Shown here piece by piece: positions 9,998-19,756 of a DNA stretch of 64,000 bases. The first letter of the stretch is position 1, and each line of letters begins with the position of its first letter. This DNA comes from a virus (Duplodnaviria; Caudoviricetes). The stretch is taken from positions 33,002 through 97,001 of IMG/VR virus record IMGVR_UViG_3300047576_000028; one strand, given 5' to 3'. The notes under the pieces are model-generated. The model ran no database searches, was not told the DNA's origin, and worked only from the letters and a program-made list of their open reading frames with translations. The position numbers were made by a program, and so were the translations under genes.

Positions 9998-11508
9998 GCC
10001 GCCTCCTTGATGTCGTCAATTATCTTGGCCCAAATAGTCGTTCCCGGAATCACGACAACTCCTTCTAACTCTTCCTGGACTGCCTGGGCTACGCCGGGAA
10101 ACTGAATGTCATGCCCGCATATTAAAAACTTCGCCTTGTGTTTCCACGCGCGTATATCCGTAAGCACCTCTGGATAAGTATGGCCCCCGTCGATAAACAC
10201 CATGTCTACATCGGGAACGTCCTGCTCGGGTAGTCCGCTGGCCGCCTCGATACTTGACTTCTTCACGATATGAAGGTTTTCGAAGGAACCTACATTATTG
10301 AGAAACTGCCCAAAGACATCCCCAGTGACCGCCTCCTTGTGCGATGTATTTCGTTCGTCTTCGGACCCCAGCCAATGATCCACGGCGTAGACCGGCCCAT
10401 CGCAATTAGAGAGAAGAGCGAATGTCGAGCGCCCCTTCCAGCATCCGATCTCCGCTATGGAATGAACCTGTCGCGCGGCTCCGGCCAGAAAGTCAAGTTC
10501 CGGCTTCGACATCCACCCCTCAATCTGGGCGGCATCCGTGATGTAACCGTTCTGCTTGGCTACCAGGGGAGCGTCGTCAGCGCCCGTGCCGTACATCAGG
10601 TTGTTGGTCCCATAGACCCACGGACAAATTTGCAAGTCGGTGCAAGGCGTCACAGGCGTAGGAATTATCGCCTCTGGTTTCTCAGCCACTAAAATGGTCT
10701 TTACATCGCCGTAATAGCGGTACTGTCCGTGATGAGCTAACTTAATCTGCGGGTCTATCCAGACCTTCCCCCCGATGCGCTGCCATAGCCTGGAGAATCC
10801 CCAATCCTCCGACAGGTAATTGCGCTCCGTAGAGCGGGCGCACAGGATCTTGAGAGCCGCTTCCATGTTGGTAAATACGGACGAAGACCACAAGGGAACC
10901 CGGCCAACCCTATCATCTTCGCCATCGATGAAGCAGTCGAACAGCAGATATTCGAATGGCGCTTCGTTCTCAGGTCGCGAACTGCGCAATTTGCAGCGGC
11001 GCTCTGGATAAGCCAGCATCATCTTGACGATGGCGGATCTTCGGACCATCAGGAATCCGGTAGGGGCGTCCTGGACCTCCAGGTAACCGGTAGCCGGATG
11101 CTGGTTTACGTGCTTGTCGGACCCTGGCGGGAAATTGACATTGAACTCGATTGGGAGCCCCTTCTTGGGGTAGATGCCGCCAGCCACCTCGATATCCTCG
11201 TGCTGAGTGGCGGCCAAGAGCCGCAAGGCGCTTTCAGATTCAAACTCGATATCCCCGTCAATGAAGAATAGGTGCGTGTAGGGGCCTGCCATGAAGCTGG
11301 CTACCATGGCATTGCGGGCGCGGGTGATTAGGCTATCGCCGGGGACAAAAGCGGGGGTATGTTTGATGCCACCGAGCGCCAGCACGTTGGATAAACGTAA
11401 CAGCGAGTGGTTATAGGCCGTGTGGGTTTGCCCGCCATAGGCCGGGGTGGCAATGAATAGGTTTGTTGCTGGATCGATTGTCATGATGGTAAAGCAAGCG
11501 GAAGTCAA
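9994..11508 (-). CDS. Glycosyltransferase-like domain fused to a class I SAM methyltransferase (Methyltransf_24-like)
   Basis: IATPAYGG, SLITRARN, FFIDGDI and YLSEDWGF motifs, then EIGCWKGRST, VFIDGGHTY and ICGHD. Confidence 0.8.
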   Translation of the reverse strand: MTSACFTIMTIDPATNLFIATPAYGGQTHTAYNHSLLRLSNVLALGGIKHTPAFVPGDSLITRARNAMVASFMAGPYTHLFFIDGDIEFESESALRLLAATQHEDIEVAGGIYPKKGLPIEFNVNFPPGSDKHVNQHPATGYLEVQDAPTGFLMVRRSAIVKMMLAYPERRCKLRSSRPENEAPFEYLLFDCFIDGEDDRVGRVPLWSSSVFTNMEAALKILCARSTERNYLSEDWGFSRLWQRIGGKVWIDPQIKLAHHGQYRYYGDVKTILVAEKPEAIIPTPVTPCTDLQICPWVYGTNNLMYGTGADDAPLVAKQNGYITDAAQIEGWMSKPELDFLAGAARQVHSIAEIGCWKGRSTFALLSNCDGPVYAVDHWLGSEDERNTSHKEAVTGDVFGQFLNNVGSFENLHIVKKSSIEAASGLPEQDVPDVDMVFIDGGHTYPEVLTDIRAWKHKAKFLICGHDIQFPGVAQAVQEELEGVVVIPGTTIWAKIIDDIKEAA

Positions 11509-11541
11509 GGGCCGAGCGTTACTTAACCCGGCCCTGAACCA

Positions 11542-12099
11542 TTAGTACACTATGGGATTGGGAGCGAAGTGAGGGCTTGGTGCGGGTCCCGTTGCCGGGA
11601 CGACCGCCTGTGCCGCGAGGGGCGCGGAGCTTACTCCGGCAGGAGGCAGTTCCGCCTGACCTCCGAATATCATGACGACCGGAAACACGTTGGCAGTATC
11701 GGTTCCGGCTCCAGACATCGTTGGCAGGTATGCCACCCGTAGAAATTGCTGGGCGCTGTCAATAGCCACGTCTAGTTGCGCAGAGCCGTAAGCTGCTGCC
11801 GCCGTACCTGTCGCAACCAATATAGAAGCGGTATTGCCGACGTTGACCCACGAAGAGGCGTTACTATAATTCGAGGTCGTCTGGAGAACCGCCGCGATAG
11901 TCAGCGTATTACCGTTGACCTGATTTTGCGCGAAAGGGAAGACCACGGCGACGGATAGAGGCCCCCCCATGGCGTTGAGGTCAATGGAGGTCCCATTGAC
12001 AAGTGCGTTATTGCCCGACCCGCCTGCGGTCACGTTCGTCGATACTCCAGCGACCGCCGTGGCGATATAGGCGCCAATGTTAGTTCTTGTGCTGGTCAT
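11542..12099 (-). CDS. Putative head decoration protein
   Basis: Directly after the capsid gene; beta-rich, Ala/Gly/Thr-rich. Confidence 0.5.
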   Translation of the reverse strand: MTSTRTNIGAYIATAVAGVSTNVTAGGSGNNALVNGTSIDLNAMGGPLSVAVVFPFAQNQVNGNTLTIAAVLQTTSNYSNASSWVNVGNTASILVATGTAAAAYGSAQLDVAIDSAQQFLRVAYLPTMSGAGTDTANVFPVVMIFGGQAELPPAGVSSAPLAAQAVVPATGPAPSPHFAPNPIVY

Positions 12100-12136
12100 G
12101 TTATCTTTTTTCTCCTTGTTTGTTTTTGGACGCTGG

Positions 12137-13513
12137 TTAGTAGTTCACCGCCTGAGCGACGGCAATGGACTGGTCGTACCGCATGACGAAGTCGTTCTCC
12201 TCGATCACGCGAATCACGGTCTGGTCTTGCGCGAAGGCGGATACGGTATTCCCGCCCGCGTCCACGTAGGCCGCTTCGGTCGAGACATCGAGCACCAGGT
12301 TAGCGCCTTCACCAATGACGGCATCTGGCATGTTGACGAAGTACCACTCGGAGGCCGATGTGCCGGAAGTGCCGGTCGCTCCAGCCGTAGCGCCGGACAG
12401 ATTGATGGGGATCTGCGAGGTATACGAGAATCCATAACCAAGCAGGTTAGCGGATGCCGGGTCCAAAGACATTTCCGGGAAAGCGTACTGCCCGGTCGTG
12501 GGGTTACGCAGGGTCTTCAGGTAAATCATTGAGCGGGGTGAAAAGAACCAGTGCCCAGTATTCAGGGTTACCTGAACGTTGGCGGCCAAGAGCAAGCCGA
12601 TAGCGTTGCCCAGATCTGAGGTGATGTGGGTAATGTCGAGGGTCGTGGTCGAACTGACCGGATTGATGAAATTCCCCGGTACTGCCCAGTTGCGCATGCC
12701 CTTTGGGGCGTATTGGGTGCCAGCGCCGCGCAGGAAGTTGTAGTCTTCGGTTTGCGCTACGGCCCGGATCAAGTCGGCCCTAATGACGGCGTCGGTATTG
12801 GGATTGGCATAGCGGATCAGGTCGTTCGAAATCGGAATCAGCGCTGCCAGTTTCTTGGCGGTCAGCTTAACGTTGCCCAACTGCTGCTGGGTAGCCGGAA
12901 TGTTCGTGTTCTCACCGATGTAGGAAGCGCTCGCACCGCCAGTAATTTTGGGCAGCGAAAGGTTTCCATTCGGCAAGGGCAGAACGCGCGGTTCGGCAGC
13001 CCGGACTACGCTGGCAGGACGCAGGAATTCGATAAACTCCTCCGACAGCATAGTAGGGACCGCGAAACCGCCCCCAGTGGCGATGGAGACCGAAAGGGCG
13101 CGGGCAACCTCAGGGTCATGGAGGGTTTGCTCTGCCCATTCGGCAGCGGCGCGTCGATCCCGGCTGAAGCCGATGGCGCGCACGCAGTTGATGAAGCCTT
13201 GGCCTTTGGCGCGTTTCGCCACCTGTCCCGCTACTTCGACATGGTGACCATCGCCGAGGGCCTGTTGGTTGGTTACGGCGAGTTCGGCATCCGCCTTCAT
13301 CTGCCGTTCCTCGCGTTCGACACGGGCAAGCAAACTTGCGGCTTCGGTATGCTTACGGTCGTAAATGGTTTGCTCACCAGGTATAACCGTACCGTCGGCG
13401 GCTTTGGTGTCTAGCGTGAAGTCGCGGTTAACGGCTTCCGCCGTGTCAATCATTGCACGGGCTTCCTTGATAAGCGCAGCCCGCTGTTGCCGTAAAACAA
13501 TTGTATTCGGCAT
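12137..13513 (-). CDS. Major capsid protein, HK97 family
   Basis: N-terminal coiled-coil delta domain; GGFAVP, YIGEN, KKLAALIPISNDL and FLRGAG..PKG motifs. Confidence 0.95.
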   Translation of the reverse strand: MPNTIVLRQQRAALIKEARAMIDTAEAVNRDFTLDTKAADGTVIPGEQTIYDRKHTEAASLLARVEREERQMKADAELAVTNQQALGDGHHVEVAGQVAKRAKGQGFINCVRAIGFSRDRRAAAEWAEQTLHDPEVARALSVSIATGGGFAVPTMLSEEFIEFLRPASVVRAAEPRVLPLPNGNLSLPKITGGASASYIGENTNIPATQQQLGNVKLTAKKLAALIPISNDLIRYANPNTDAVIRADLIRAVAQTEDYNFLRGAGTQYAPKGMRNWAVPGNFINPVSSTTTLDITHITSDLGNAIGLLLAANVQVTLNTGHWFFSPRSMIYLKTLRNPTTGQYAFPEMSLDPASANLLGYGFSYTSQIPINLSGATAGATGTSGTSASEWYFVNMPDAVIGEGANLVLDVSTEAAYVDAGGNTVSAFAQDQTVIRVIEENDFVMRYDQSIAVAQAVNY

Positions 13514-13669
13514 TCGGTCCTATTCCTTTTGGATTTAGATTCCGCCGTTTGTAGCAGGCGGGCCGCATGGTGACGTTCTAGGGAAAAGCCCCAGATTTGG
13601 AGGCAGGGTCCATCCGACCCTGTTTGATGCAGGAACTTGTATTATACTACGCCCAAACGCCGAAATCAT

Positions 13670-13712
13670 ATCAGTTCGCGAGAGAAACCGCTGGCTTTAG
13701 CCATGCGGAGGG
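13670..13712 (+). mobile_element. Family-B IS605 left-end remnant
   Basis: gaaaccgctggctttagccatgcggaggg is identical to the left end at about 37422-37450; TCAT at 13666-13669. Confidence 0.7.
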
Positions 13713-13762
13713 CCCACCGTAAACGGAGGGATTGCTCGGCGTTATCGTTCAAGTTCTACCCG

Positions 13763-15433
13763 TTAGTTCTCCAACTCCATCTGCCTCAGCCGGAGACGCC
13801 GGAACCGGTGGGGGCTAATTTTGCTTGCCTCTACTCCTGTCAACTGGTCACCAGAACGGACCTCCACGCTGGTTCCAACGTATGCCGGATCGGACACCAC
13901 GCTCAACCGGCGCACGAGAATTTTGGTCAGCGTGCGGACCTGTTGGCCGTTAGCGTCAGTTGAGATCTGCTGTCCGTCAGGCAACACGCGAAAGCTGAAA
14001 CTGCCTTGCGTCACGTCGCCGCGCTCCATCGAGATACGCAGGTCCTTGTACCACTGAGCGTCTTCAGGCGGGTTGGCGTCCATGAGCACGCCACGGTCGT
14101 CGATGGATGCCTTGAGGGTACCGGCAGCAACACGGCCTAGTATATGATCCGAATTGTGGTTGTAGTCGGCCCTGAGATCCACGTCGAAAGTAATGGCTCC
14201 CGGTGCAATGATCTCGCGGAAGGTCGAAGCGCCCCTGGTATCGCCGCCCATTTCCAATGAAAACTCCCCAAAGCGAATCGGGTAGCCGACAATATGCCCG
14301 TCCCCAGCCGCCCGAAACTCGCACTTGAATGATCGCGTCTCGTCCCCGGCGCGCCGGTCTGTTCGCGCCTCTTCCCCTTCGGTCTGGCCCTTAAGGGCTG
14401 TCGCCATTGAGGCGCAGTGGTCCGCGCAGCGCGTTGCAACGTCGCCGCAAGCCCGAATCATCTCATGCCCGTGGTCGCCGCCACAAGTGCCCGCCAATGC
14501 GCGGCACGCCGATGCTGTAAGGCCATGCGCCTCCGCCGTCAGCGGAGAACCACGCTGGGACAGGTCTCCGCACAGCCCTACGGTCCCCATAGCATCGCGC
14601 AACGAACTGTGGAGGTTCTTGGGCATCGTAGAATCGCCGTACATCGTGTCTGCGTACTCGCCAGCCCCCCTACACGCCCCGTAGCAGCGCCGCAACTCAC
14701 GGTAGGTCTGCTCTACCCCAGGAGCCTCGTTCGGGTCCTTCGCTACCATAGCCCGCTCAATGAAGTCCCTATGCAATCGCAGCATGGCCCGAAGTTCAGC
14801 CCGCGCCGGGGGCATGGAGCGCTCTGCCTGGATCGGGCACTTCTTGCAGTTCGGGTCGTCGCAGCCCTTGCCGGTACAGACATCGCAGTTGCCCTCCATG
14901 CAGTTCTGGCAACCGCATGAGCAACCTACGCCAGCATCGGATGAGTCGGTCGCCGCCCGCTTATGATCCTTTGCCGGGTTCGACCGGCCGGCCTGAATCG
15001 GGCAATCATCGCAATTAGGGTCATTGCATTCGGTATTGCAGCATGACCCGCACAACCCCATTAAACAAGGCGCGCAGTCACAATTACAGGACCCCTCGCT
15101 CCGCTTGGAAGAGGCGATGTAGGTGACGCCTTTGTCCTGCCAACGATATTCCCAGTCTCCGTCGGCATTCTTCGATTCGGAAGGCAGATCCCATGCTTGG
15201 GCGGCATAGATTTTCTTCAGTTTGGCAAGGGCCTCCGCTTTTGAGGGACCCGCGTATTTGTTGCCACGATATCCATTAGTCAAAGCCGCGAACGCCGCGC
15301 CGCACAGTCGATGGTCTGGATTGCCAGATGCATCGGTATATGGAAGATGAGTTTTACCGTCGCTATCGGTGACCAAAAACTTCACCGCGCGCTCCTCGGA
15401 AGGCGACTTCCTGCCGATGTCTAATACTGCCAT
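13763..15433 (-). CDS. HK97-type prohead protease with a long N-terminal extension containing Cys-rich repeats and a Cys four-helix-bundle-like segment
   Basis: C-terminal FREIIAPGA, YNHNSDHILGR, QGSFSF and LSVVSDPAY (peptidase S78); two ~33-aa Cys-rich repeats upstream. Confidence 0.85.
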   Translation of the reverse strand: MAVLDIGRKSPSEERAVKFLVTDSDGKTHLPYTDASGNPDHRLCGAAFAALTNGYRGNKYAGPSKAEALAKLKKIYAAQAWDLPSESKNADGDWEYRWQDKGVTYIASSKRSEGSCNCDCAPCLMGLCGSCCNTECNDPNCDDCPIQAGRSNPAKDHKRAATDSSDAGVGCSCGCQNCMEGNCDVCTGKGCDDPNCKKCPIQAERSMPPARAELRAMLRLHRDFIERAMVAKDPNEAPGVEQTYRELRRCYGACRGAGEYADTMYGDSTMPKNLHSSLRDAMGTVGLCGDLSQRGSPLTAEAHGLTASACRALAGTCGGDHGHEMIRACGDVATRCADHCASMATALKGQTEGEEARTDRRAGDETRSFKCEFRAAGDGHIVGYPIRFGEFSLEMGGDTRGASTFREIIAPGAITFDVDLRADYNHNSDHILGRVAAGTLKASIDDRGVLMDANPPEDAQWYKDLRISMERGDVTQGSFSFRVLPDGQQISTDANGQQVRTLTKILVRRLSVVSDPAYVGTSVEVRSGDQLTGVEASKISPHRFRRLRLRQMELEN

Positions 15434-15468
15434 CTTGTTCTCCTTTTAAGCCCTAACTCCGCACGCCG

Positions 15469-15936
15469 TTAGCGCGTTATCTTTGCAGAAATGTACTCCG
15501 GCTCTCCGATAGACGTAAGCAGCCGAATCTGCTGTTCCAGCCATCCAATGCGCTCCTCAGAATCCTTGAGCAGATGTTCGAAAAGATTGCGCGTCGTATC
15601 ATCCCGCGCATTCACCGCTACCTGAACAGCATCCTCGGAAGGGTCCTTGAACGCCATCTCAGCCGCTAACTCCGCAGTAAAGATGTCCCCGATAGTATTG
15701 CGCTGAACAATAGGGCCGATGACGGTGTCTATGGTGCCTCCAAGCAATAGAAGCCGCTTCTTGAACTCCGCCATCCATTCGTGGGTGTCATCGCCGAACT
15801 TGCCAATGTGCTTTGCCACTCTCTTGATCCCCATGAACTGAAGGACCGATCTGTCGGCGCGATACTGCACGTGCAGTTGCGTGGCTGACTTCAGCGCTAC
15901 TTGAAGTGTTGCTATTACCGATGGGTTGCCCTGCAT
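15469..15936 (-). CDS. bfr: Bacterioferritin-like protein with a degenerate ferroxidase centre
   Basis: MQGNPSVIATL..QY..RLLLLGG..D.TTRNLFEHLLKDSEERIGWLEQQ.RLL..IG..EY follows the Bfr pattern over the whole 155 aa. Confidence 0.75.
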   Translation of the reverse strand: MQGNPSVIATLQVALKSATQLHVQYRADRSVLQFMGIKRVAKHIGKFGDDTHEWMAEFKKRLLLLGGTIDTVIGPIVQRNTIGDIFTAELAAEMAFKDPSEDAVQVAVNARDDTTRNLFEHLLKDSEERIGWLEQQIRLLTSIGEPEYISAKITR

Positions 15937-15992
15937 TTGACGGCTCCTTGTGGGGTTATTGCCCAGCGGTTGCGGGGCAGTTGTTTGCCGGT

Positions 15993-17492
15993 TCAGTTAG
16001 TACTCATTGGACCTTTGCCATGTCCGGTATCATACGGCGGAGTTTTCTTTACCTTAACTGGGTGGCTTCCGTTTTGCGCTACAACAACCGGATCGTCGGA
16101 CACGGGAGCGTCAACCGTCTTTGGCGTTGGCTTCTTGCCATTGTTGGTGGGGGCTGCATTTGGGGGAGTTTTGCCATCCTCTCCCTCGTCTTCGCCCTGC
16201 GGCGGCATGACCTTCCCGCCCATGCCGTTCTCAAAGATGTACTTAACGGTCGCCATCGCTCCGTTCATATACTTACCGTCCATCTCTGGGTCTGGGTCTG
16301 GATTGAATCCGTCTATACTTCGCGCTTCATTTGGACTGATCTCACCGCACGCTATCAAGGTTTGGTTGCGCCGTGACATACTCAACACATCTCCCCGCAG
16401 TAGGGCGGATAGATCATGACGGCAGGTGATGGCGTCATTATTGCCGAGCACCGTTATGTTACATTTCTGCTCAATACGCTCCATTGCGGGAGCGATGGTG
16501 TGCTTGGCGAAGTAAATATCGCCCTGCTCTGCCGAAGCGTAGGTAGCGGTACCAGGGGCCGCCATCATGAATGCGGGCATGTCGAACACACGGCACAACT
16601 CAAGGACTTGAAAATTCCGTCCCTCGATAAACTGGGCATCTTCGGGCGACATTTTCATCTCGTGGAGTTTCATGCCGCCGTACATCAATGCGACCTTCCC
16701 GGCTTCGTCGAGCGCTCCAGTGTTTTCGCGCCATGTCGCCATGAACTTGTCGCGGTCGTCGATCATGCCGGGTATTTCGATCCAATAAGGCGGCTTTCCA
16801 CCGTGCTTCAGGAAGCGCCCGAAGTACTCTTCCTGGCCTAGCCCCAGGCCGACAGCCTGCCGCATGAGCGTTATCGGAGAGAAGCCCATTAAGCCATCGA
16901 AGCCGAGATAGGGGATATGGAGGATGTCCTGCCATGGGTAAATTCCAGGCCGCACCGGCACGCTGTACGGATTGTGCGGAAAGTATCTGTAGACCAATTC
17001 TCCACCAATAGCAGTTCGCAATACTTGTACATACCCCGGCTCAAGCGGCCAGATATTCCGTAACCTGCCTGCCCCATCCCACTCCAGATAGTTGTAGGAG
17101 TTCCCCCAGAGCAACAAACTTGCCACCATTTGTTCGCGCCATTGGAAGCTGGACATCTCGCTATTTGGCTCTTCCTTCAGCATTCGATAGCGGTAGTCGT
17201 TTATGGCTGGGGTTTTGGTATCGCTGTTCTTGCCGGTGTTGATAAAGGTAATCAAGGGGCACGAGGCTACCGCTTTGGCGATCTTGGACACACAGCCATA
17301 CACCGTAGCCATCGTCATGGCTGTGGCGGGACTGACAGGACGCCCGGTATACGTGGACGCTCCTGTACTTAGCAGGTTGTAGATCGCGCTGCCAATCTTG
17401 GCGTTGCCGAAGTCGCGGCGTTCGAACACAGGTGGTCCGTTAAGGATGTCGTGTCCGTTACGCTGTGTTAGCGTGCCCAACGTTTCAATCAT
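15993..17492 (-). CDS. Portal protein, HK97 family
   Basis: VYGCVSKIA, EPNSEMS, LLWGNSY, GFSPI, DAQFIE.R and ISPNEAR motifs. Confidence 0.95.
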   Translation of the reverse strand: MIETLGTLTQRNGHDILNGPPVFERRDFGNAKIGSAIYNLLSTGASTYTGRPVSPATAMTMATVYGCVSKIAKAVASCPLITFINTGKNSDTKTPAINDYRYRMLKEEPNSEMSSFQWREQMVASLLLWGNSYNYLEWDGAGRLRNIWPLEPGYVQVLRTAIGGELVYRYFPHNPYSVPVRPGIYPWQDILHIPYLGFDGLMGFSPITLMRQAVGLGLGQEEYFGRFLKHGGKPPYWIEIPGMIDDRDKFMATWRENTGALDEAGKVALMYGGMKLHEMKMSPEDAQFIEGRNFQVLELCRVFDMPAFMMAAPGTATYASAEQGDIYFAKHTIAPAMERIEQKCNITVLGNNDAITCRHDLSALLRGDVLSMSRRNQTLIACGEISPNEARSIDGFNPDPDPEMDGKYMNGAMATVKYIFENGMGGKVMPPQGEDEGEDGKTPPNAAPTNNGKKPTPKTVDAPVSDDPVVVAQNGSHPVKVKKTPPYDTGHGKGPMSTN

Positions 17493-17503
17493 GTTTCCCT
17501 AAT

Positions 17504-18199
17504 CTAGAGCGGTACCGACATCAGTCCCCATTTTGGCGTGGGGATAGAAGCCTGAAGCCGGCGCAGCGCGATGATAGTCGCGACCACACCATCGATCCGT
17601 TTGCTGCTTTTCTGGCGGTTAGGTTTTACCGGCTTGATATTCGCCGCCGATTCGTCTTGGGCTATTGCTGTACAGTCCACATTCCACCGCAGGACTTGAT
17701 GCCCACTGTGAACCAACTTGCCGGACAGCACCAAAGACTCAAAATACTTGCTTGGGGCGCTCAGTGAAATGTAGCCCTGGCCCACGTCAACTACTTCGAT
17801 ATCAACGTTAGCCAAATCCGATACGGTGTCGCGCGCGCCGTGGCGATCAAAACCGATTTGCTTGATGTCGAATATCTTATCCAGTTCCTTGATGCGCTCA
17901 CGGCAGTATCCCCAATCGGTAACCGGCCCAGGGGTCAGTTCTACAAGTCCTTGCTTGGCCCATAGGTCATACCGTACATTGTCTTTCTTGGACCGTTCCA
18001 GCAAGCCGTCTTCCGGTATCCAAAACCATACATGCACGTAGACCGATTGTTTGATGAGCCAGACTAACGAGAACGCAGTGAGATCGGAGACGGCGGCTAA
18101 ATCGAGGCCCCCGTAACATGGATATTTAACCAGTTGCTCGCAGAACTTCTGCCCGTCCGGATCTCTAGTGATTAGCGGAGTTGCTGCTGGTGCGGCCAT
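17504..18199 (-). CDS. terL: Terminase large subunit, C-terminal nuclease half
   Basis: CYGGLDLA, IGFDR, VGQG and KRIDGVVA motifs. Confidence 0.85.
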   Translation of the reverse strand: MAAPAATPLITRDPDGQKFCEQLVKYPCYGGLDLAAVSDLTAFSLVWLIKQSVYVHVWFWIPEDGLLERSKKDNVRYDLWAKQGLVELTPGPVTDWGYCRERIKELDKIFDIKQIGFDRHGARDTVSDLANVDIEVVDVGQGYISLSAPSKYFESLVLSGKLVHSGHQVLRWNVDCTAIAQDESAANIKPVKPNRQKSSKRIDGVVATIIALRRLQASIPTPKWGLMSVPL

Positions 18200-18255
18200 T
18201 AACTTGTTGTTTGCGCAGAGCCTTCACTTTGGCCTTCCTGCGCTTTGTGCGTCCC

Positions 18256-19236
18256 TTACCCATTTGACGCCGCGATGGGTTGCCCGTCCCACTTACAGGC
18301 ATCCCAGTCTATCATGGGTATCCAACAGGAAGCACTGTTAACCCACTGCGACAAATGTAGTTGTTGAAAGTCGCGTTGCAGGCGCGGGGTCCTAACCGCC
18401 CGTTCAAACTCTTCCTCCAGGATCTCCATATTGACAGTAATCCCAAGGGCCGGATTCGCCAACGGCCACAGGGACTTGTCTGTCCAGTCTGCTTCCCTGG
18501 GGACCTCGTAGATCATCGGAAGGTAAGTGGGGTCTTCAAACACTGCAGGCACGAACTTCCCATCTTTATCCCTTGTCGGCGTGATGTTCTTAGCGTAAAG
18601 ATATTCCTGCCCGCACATCGTCTCTTCGTCCACACCAGCCGTGGTTATGTATACCTCAAGCGGTTGCCTACGTGCGCCGCGTCCGGTAGTTAGTGCCTTG
18701 CGAAGGTCTTCTTCCCGAGCACCCCACACATGGAATTCGTCGTAGAGGATAGTGCTTGGATTCGAGCCGTGCTTGGCCTTTCCCTCAGACGACAAAGCCT
18801 TAAACATACCCTTGTTCTTGCGATGTCGAATCTCCTTCCGATATGGGATCACTTGTAGTAGATCCGGCAATTCCTCGTGCGCCATCACCATCTCGGAAGC
18901 CGCTTCATACAGCTTGCTACTTTGCTCTGAGGTTTTGGCGGCTGCGTATATCTCCTGATAAGGTTCCGGGTCCATGACTAGTAGGTCTAAGCCAAGTGCT
19001 GCGCATGACTGCGTTTTGGAATTTTTCCTGCCCACAGATAAGAAAGCCGTTCTGTATAGTCGCGTGCCATCCGCGCGCTTCCACCCTAACAGGTTTCCGA
19101 TCAACTTCTTTTGAAATGGCATCAGCCGAAACGGCTCCGGCTTGCCGCTCTGCGTGGACTTAGTAAGGGTTAGCGACTCGATAAAGGCGAAGTCCAGCAG
19201 CACGCTGGTGTCGAAGTATATGCCGTCGATGTCCAT
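18256..19236 (-). CDS. terL: Terminase large subunit, N-terminal ATPase half
   Basis: LMPFQK, Walker A VGRKNSKT, Walker B LYDEFH, YITTAG and W..ANPALG motifs. Confidence 0.9.
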   Translation of the reverse strand: MDIDGIYFDTSVLLDFAFIESLTLTKSTQSGKPEPFRLMPFQKKLIGNLLGWKRADGTRLYRTAFLSVGRKNSKTQSCAALGLDLLVMDPEPYQEIYAAAKTSEQSSKLYEAASEMVMAHEELPDLLQVIPYRKEIRHRKNKGMFKALSSEGKAKHGSNPSTILYDEFHVWGAREEDLRKALTTGRGARRQPLEVYITTAGVDEETMCGQEYLYAKNITPTRDKDGKFVPAVFEDPTYLPMIYEVPREADWTDKSLWPLANPALGITVNMEILEEEFERAVRTPRLQRDFQQLHLSQWVNSASCWIPMIDWDACKWDGQPIAASNG

Positions 19237-19492
19237 TAGGCTACCTGGTACTCGTTGGTAGCGCTTAGGCTACCCTTTCAGCGCCAGCAACTAAAGCTAC
19301 GCGCTTGATCTAGAGATATCAAGCCGCTACGCAAGGCGCAACGGATTTCTTCGTTTATTTCATCCACGAGATGTGGCGGTACCCAATAGCCTCCATCAGG
19401 TCTGGCCGTTGTGGAAACTGGCTGGTCTACGGCTTTTATTGCTGGGGCGGCCAATAGATACGCGCAGAAAGAACGCCGGGTGTTTTTCATGG

Positions 19493-19657
19493 GTAAGCAA
19501 CTCCACGGCTAAAGCCGGGGGCTTTTAGATTCCACATGCAAAATCTCAAAACATTTCGCTGCGGTTCGAGTCGGCTTACTCCGGCCATGCCGGACGACCG
19601 CGCCGATTCTCCCGTCCTCCCCATGACTGGAGTCAGGGGCTTCTCGGAGAAAACTTG
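19493..19657 (-). mobile_element. Family-A miniature element (165 bp)
   Basis: Near-identical to 41925-42089 and 63041-63205; TCAC target motif (gtga at 19658-19661) and TTAC end. Confidence 0.9.
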
Positions 19658-19676
19658 GTGATTTACTGGGGAATTA

Positions 19677-19754
19677 AGCATTAGATGCGCTGGGGATCAG
19701 TGCTGCGGGCCTTGTGCCTTCAGAATGTGTACGGTAGTTATGTATATAAGTCCC
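19677..19754 (-). repeat. 78-bp inverted repeat of 26355-26432, ending in an IS1595-like terminal repeat
   Basis: Exact reverse complement of 26355-26432; begins GGGACTTATATACATAACTACC. Confidence 0.8.
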
Positions 19755-19756
19755 AT

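Noticed and set aside
18200-18255. Intron or intein splitting terL
   Set aside because: The gap is only 56 nt, with no group I/II core or intein motifs.
19487-19681. Recurrent small ORFs containing MGRTGESARSSGMAG or MWNLKAPGFSRGVAY
   Set aside because: These are translations of the mini-element sequence, not independent genes.
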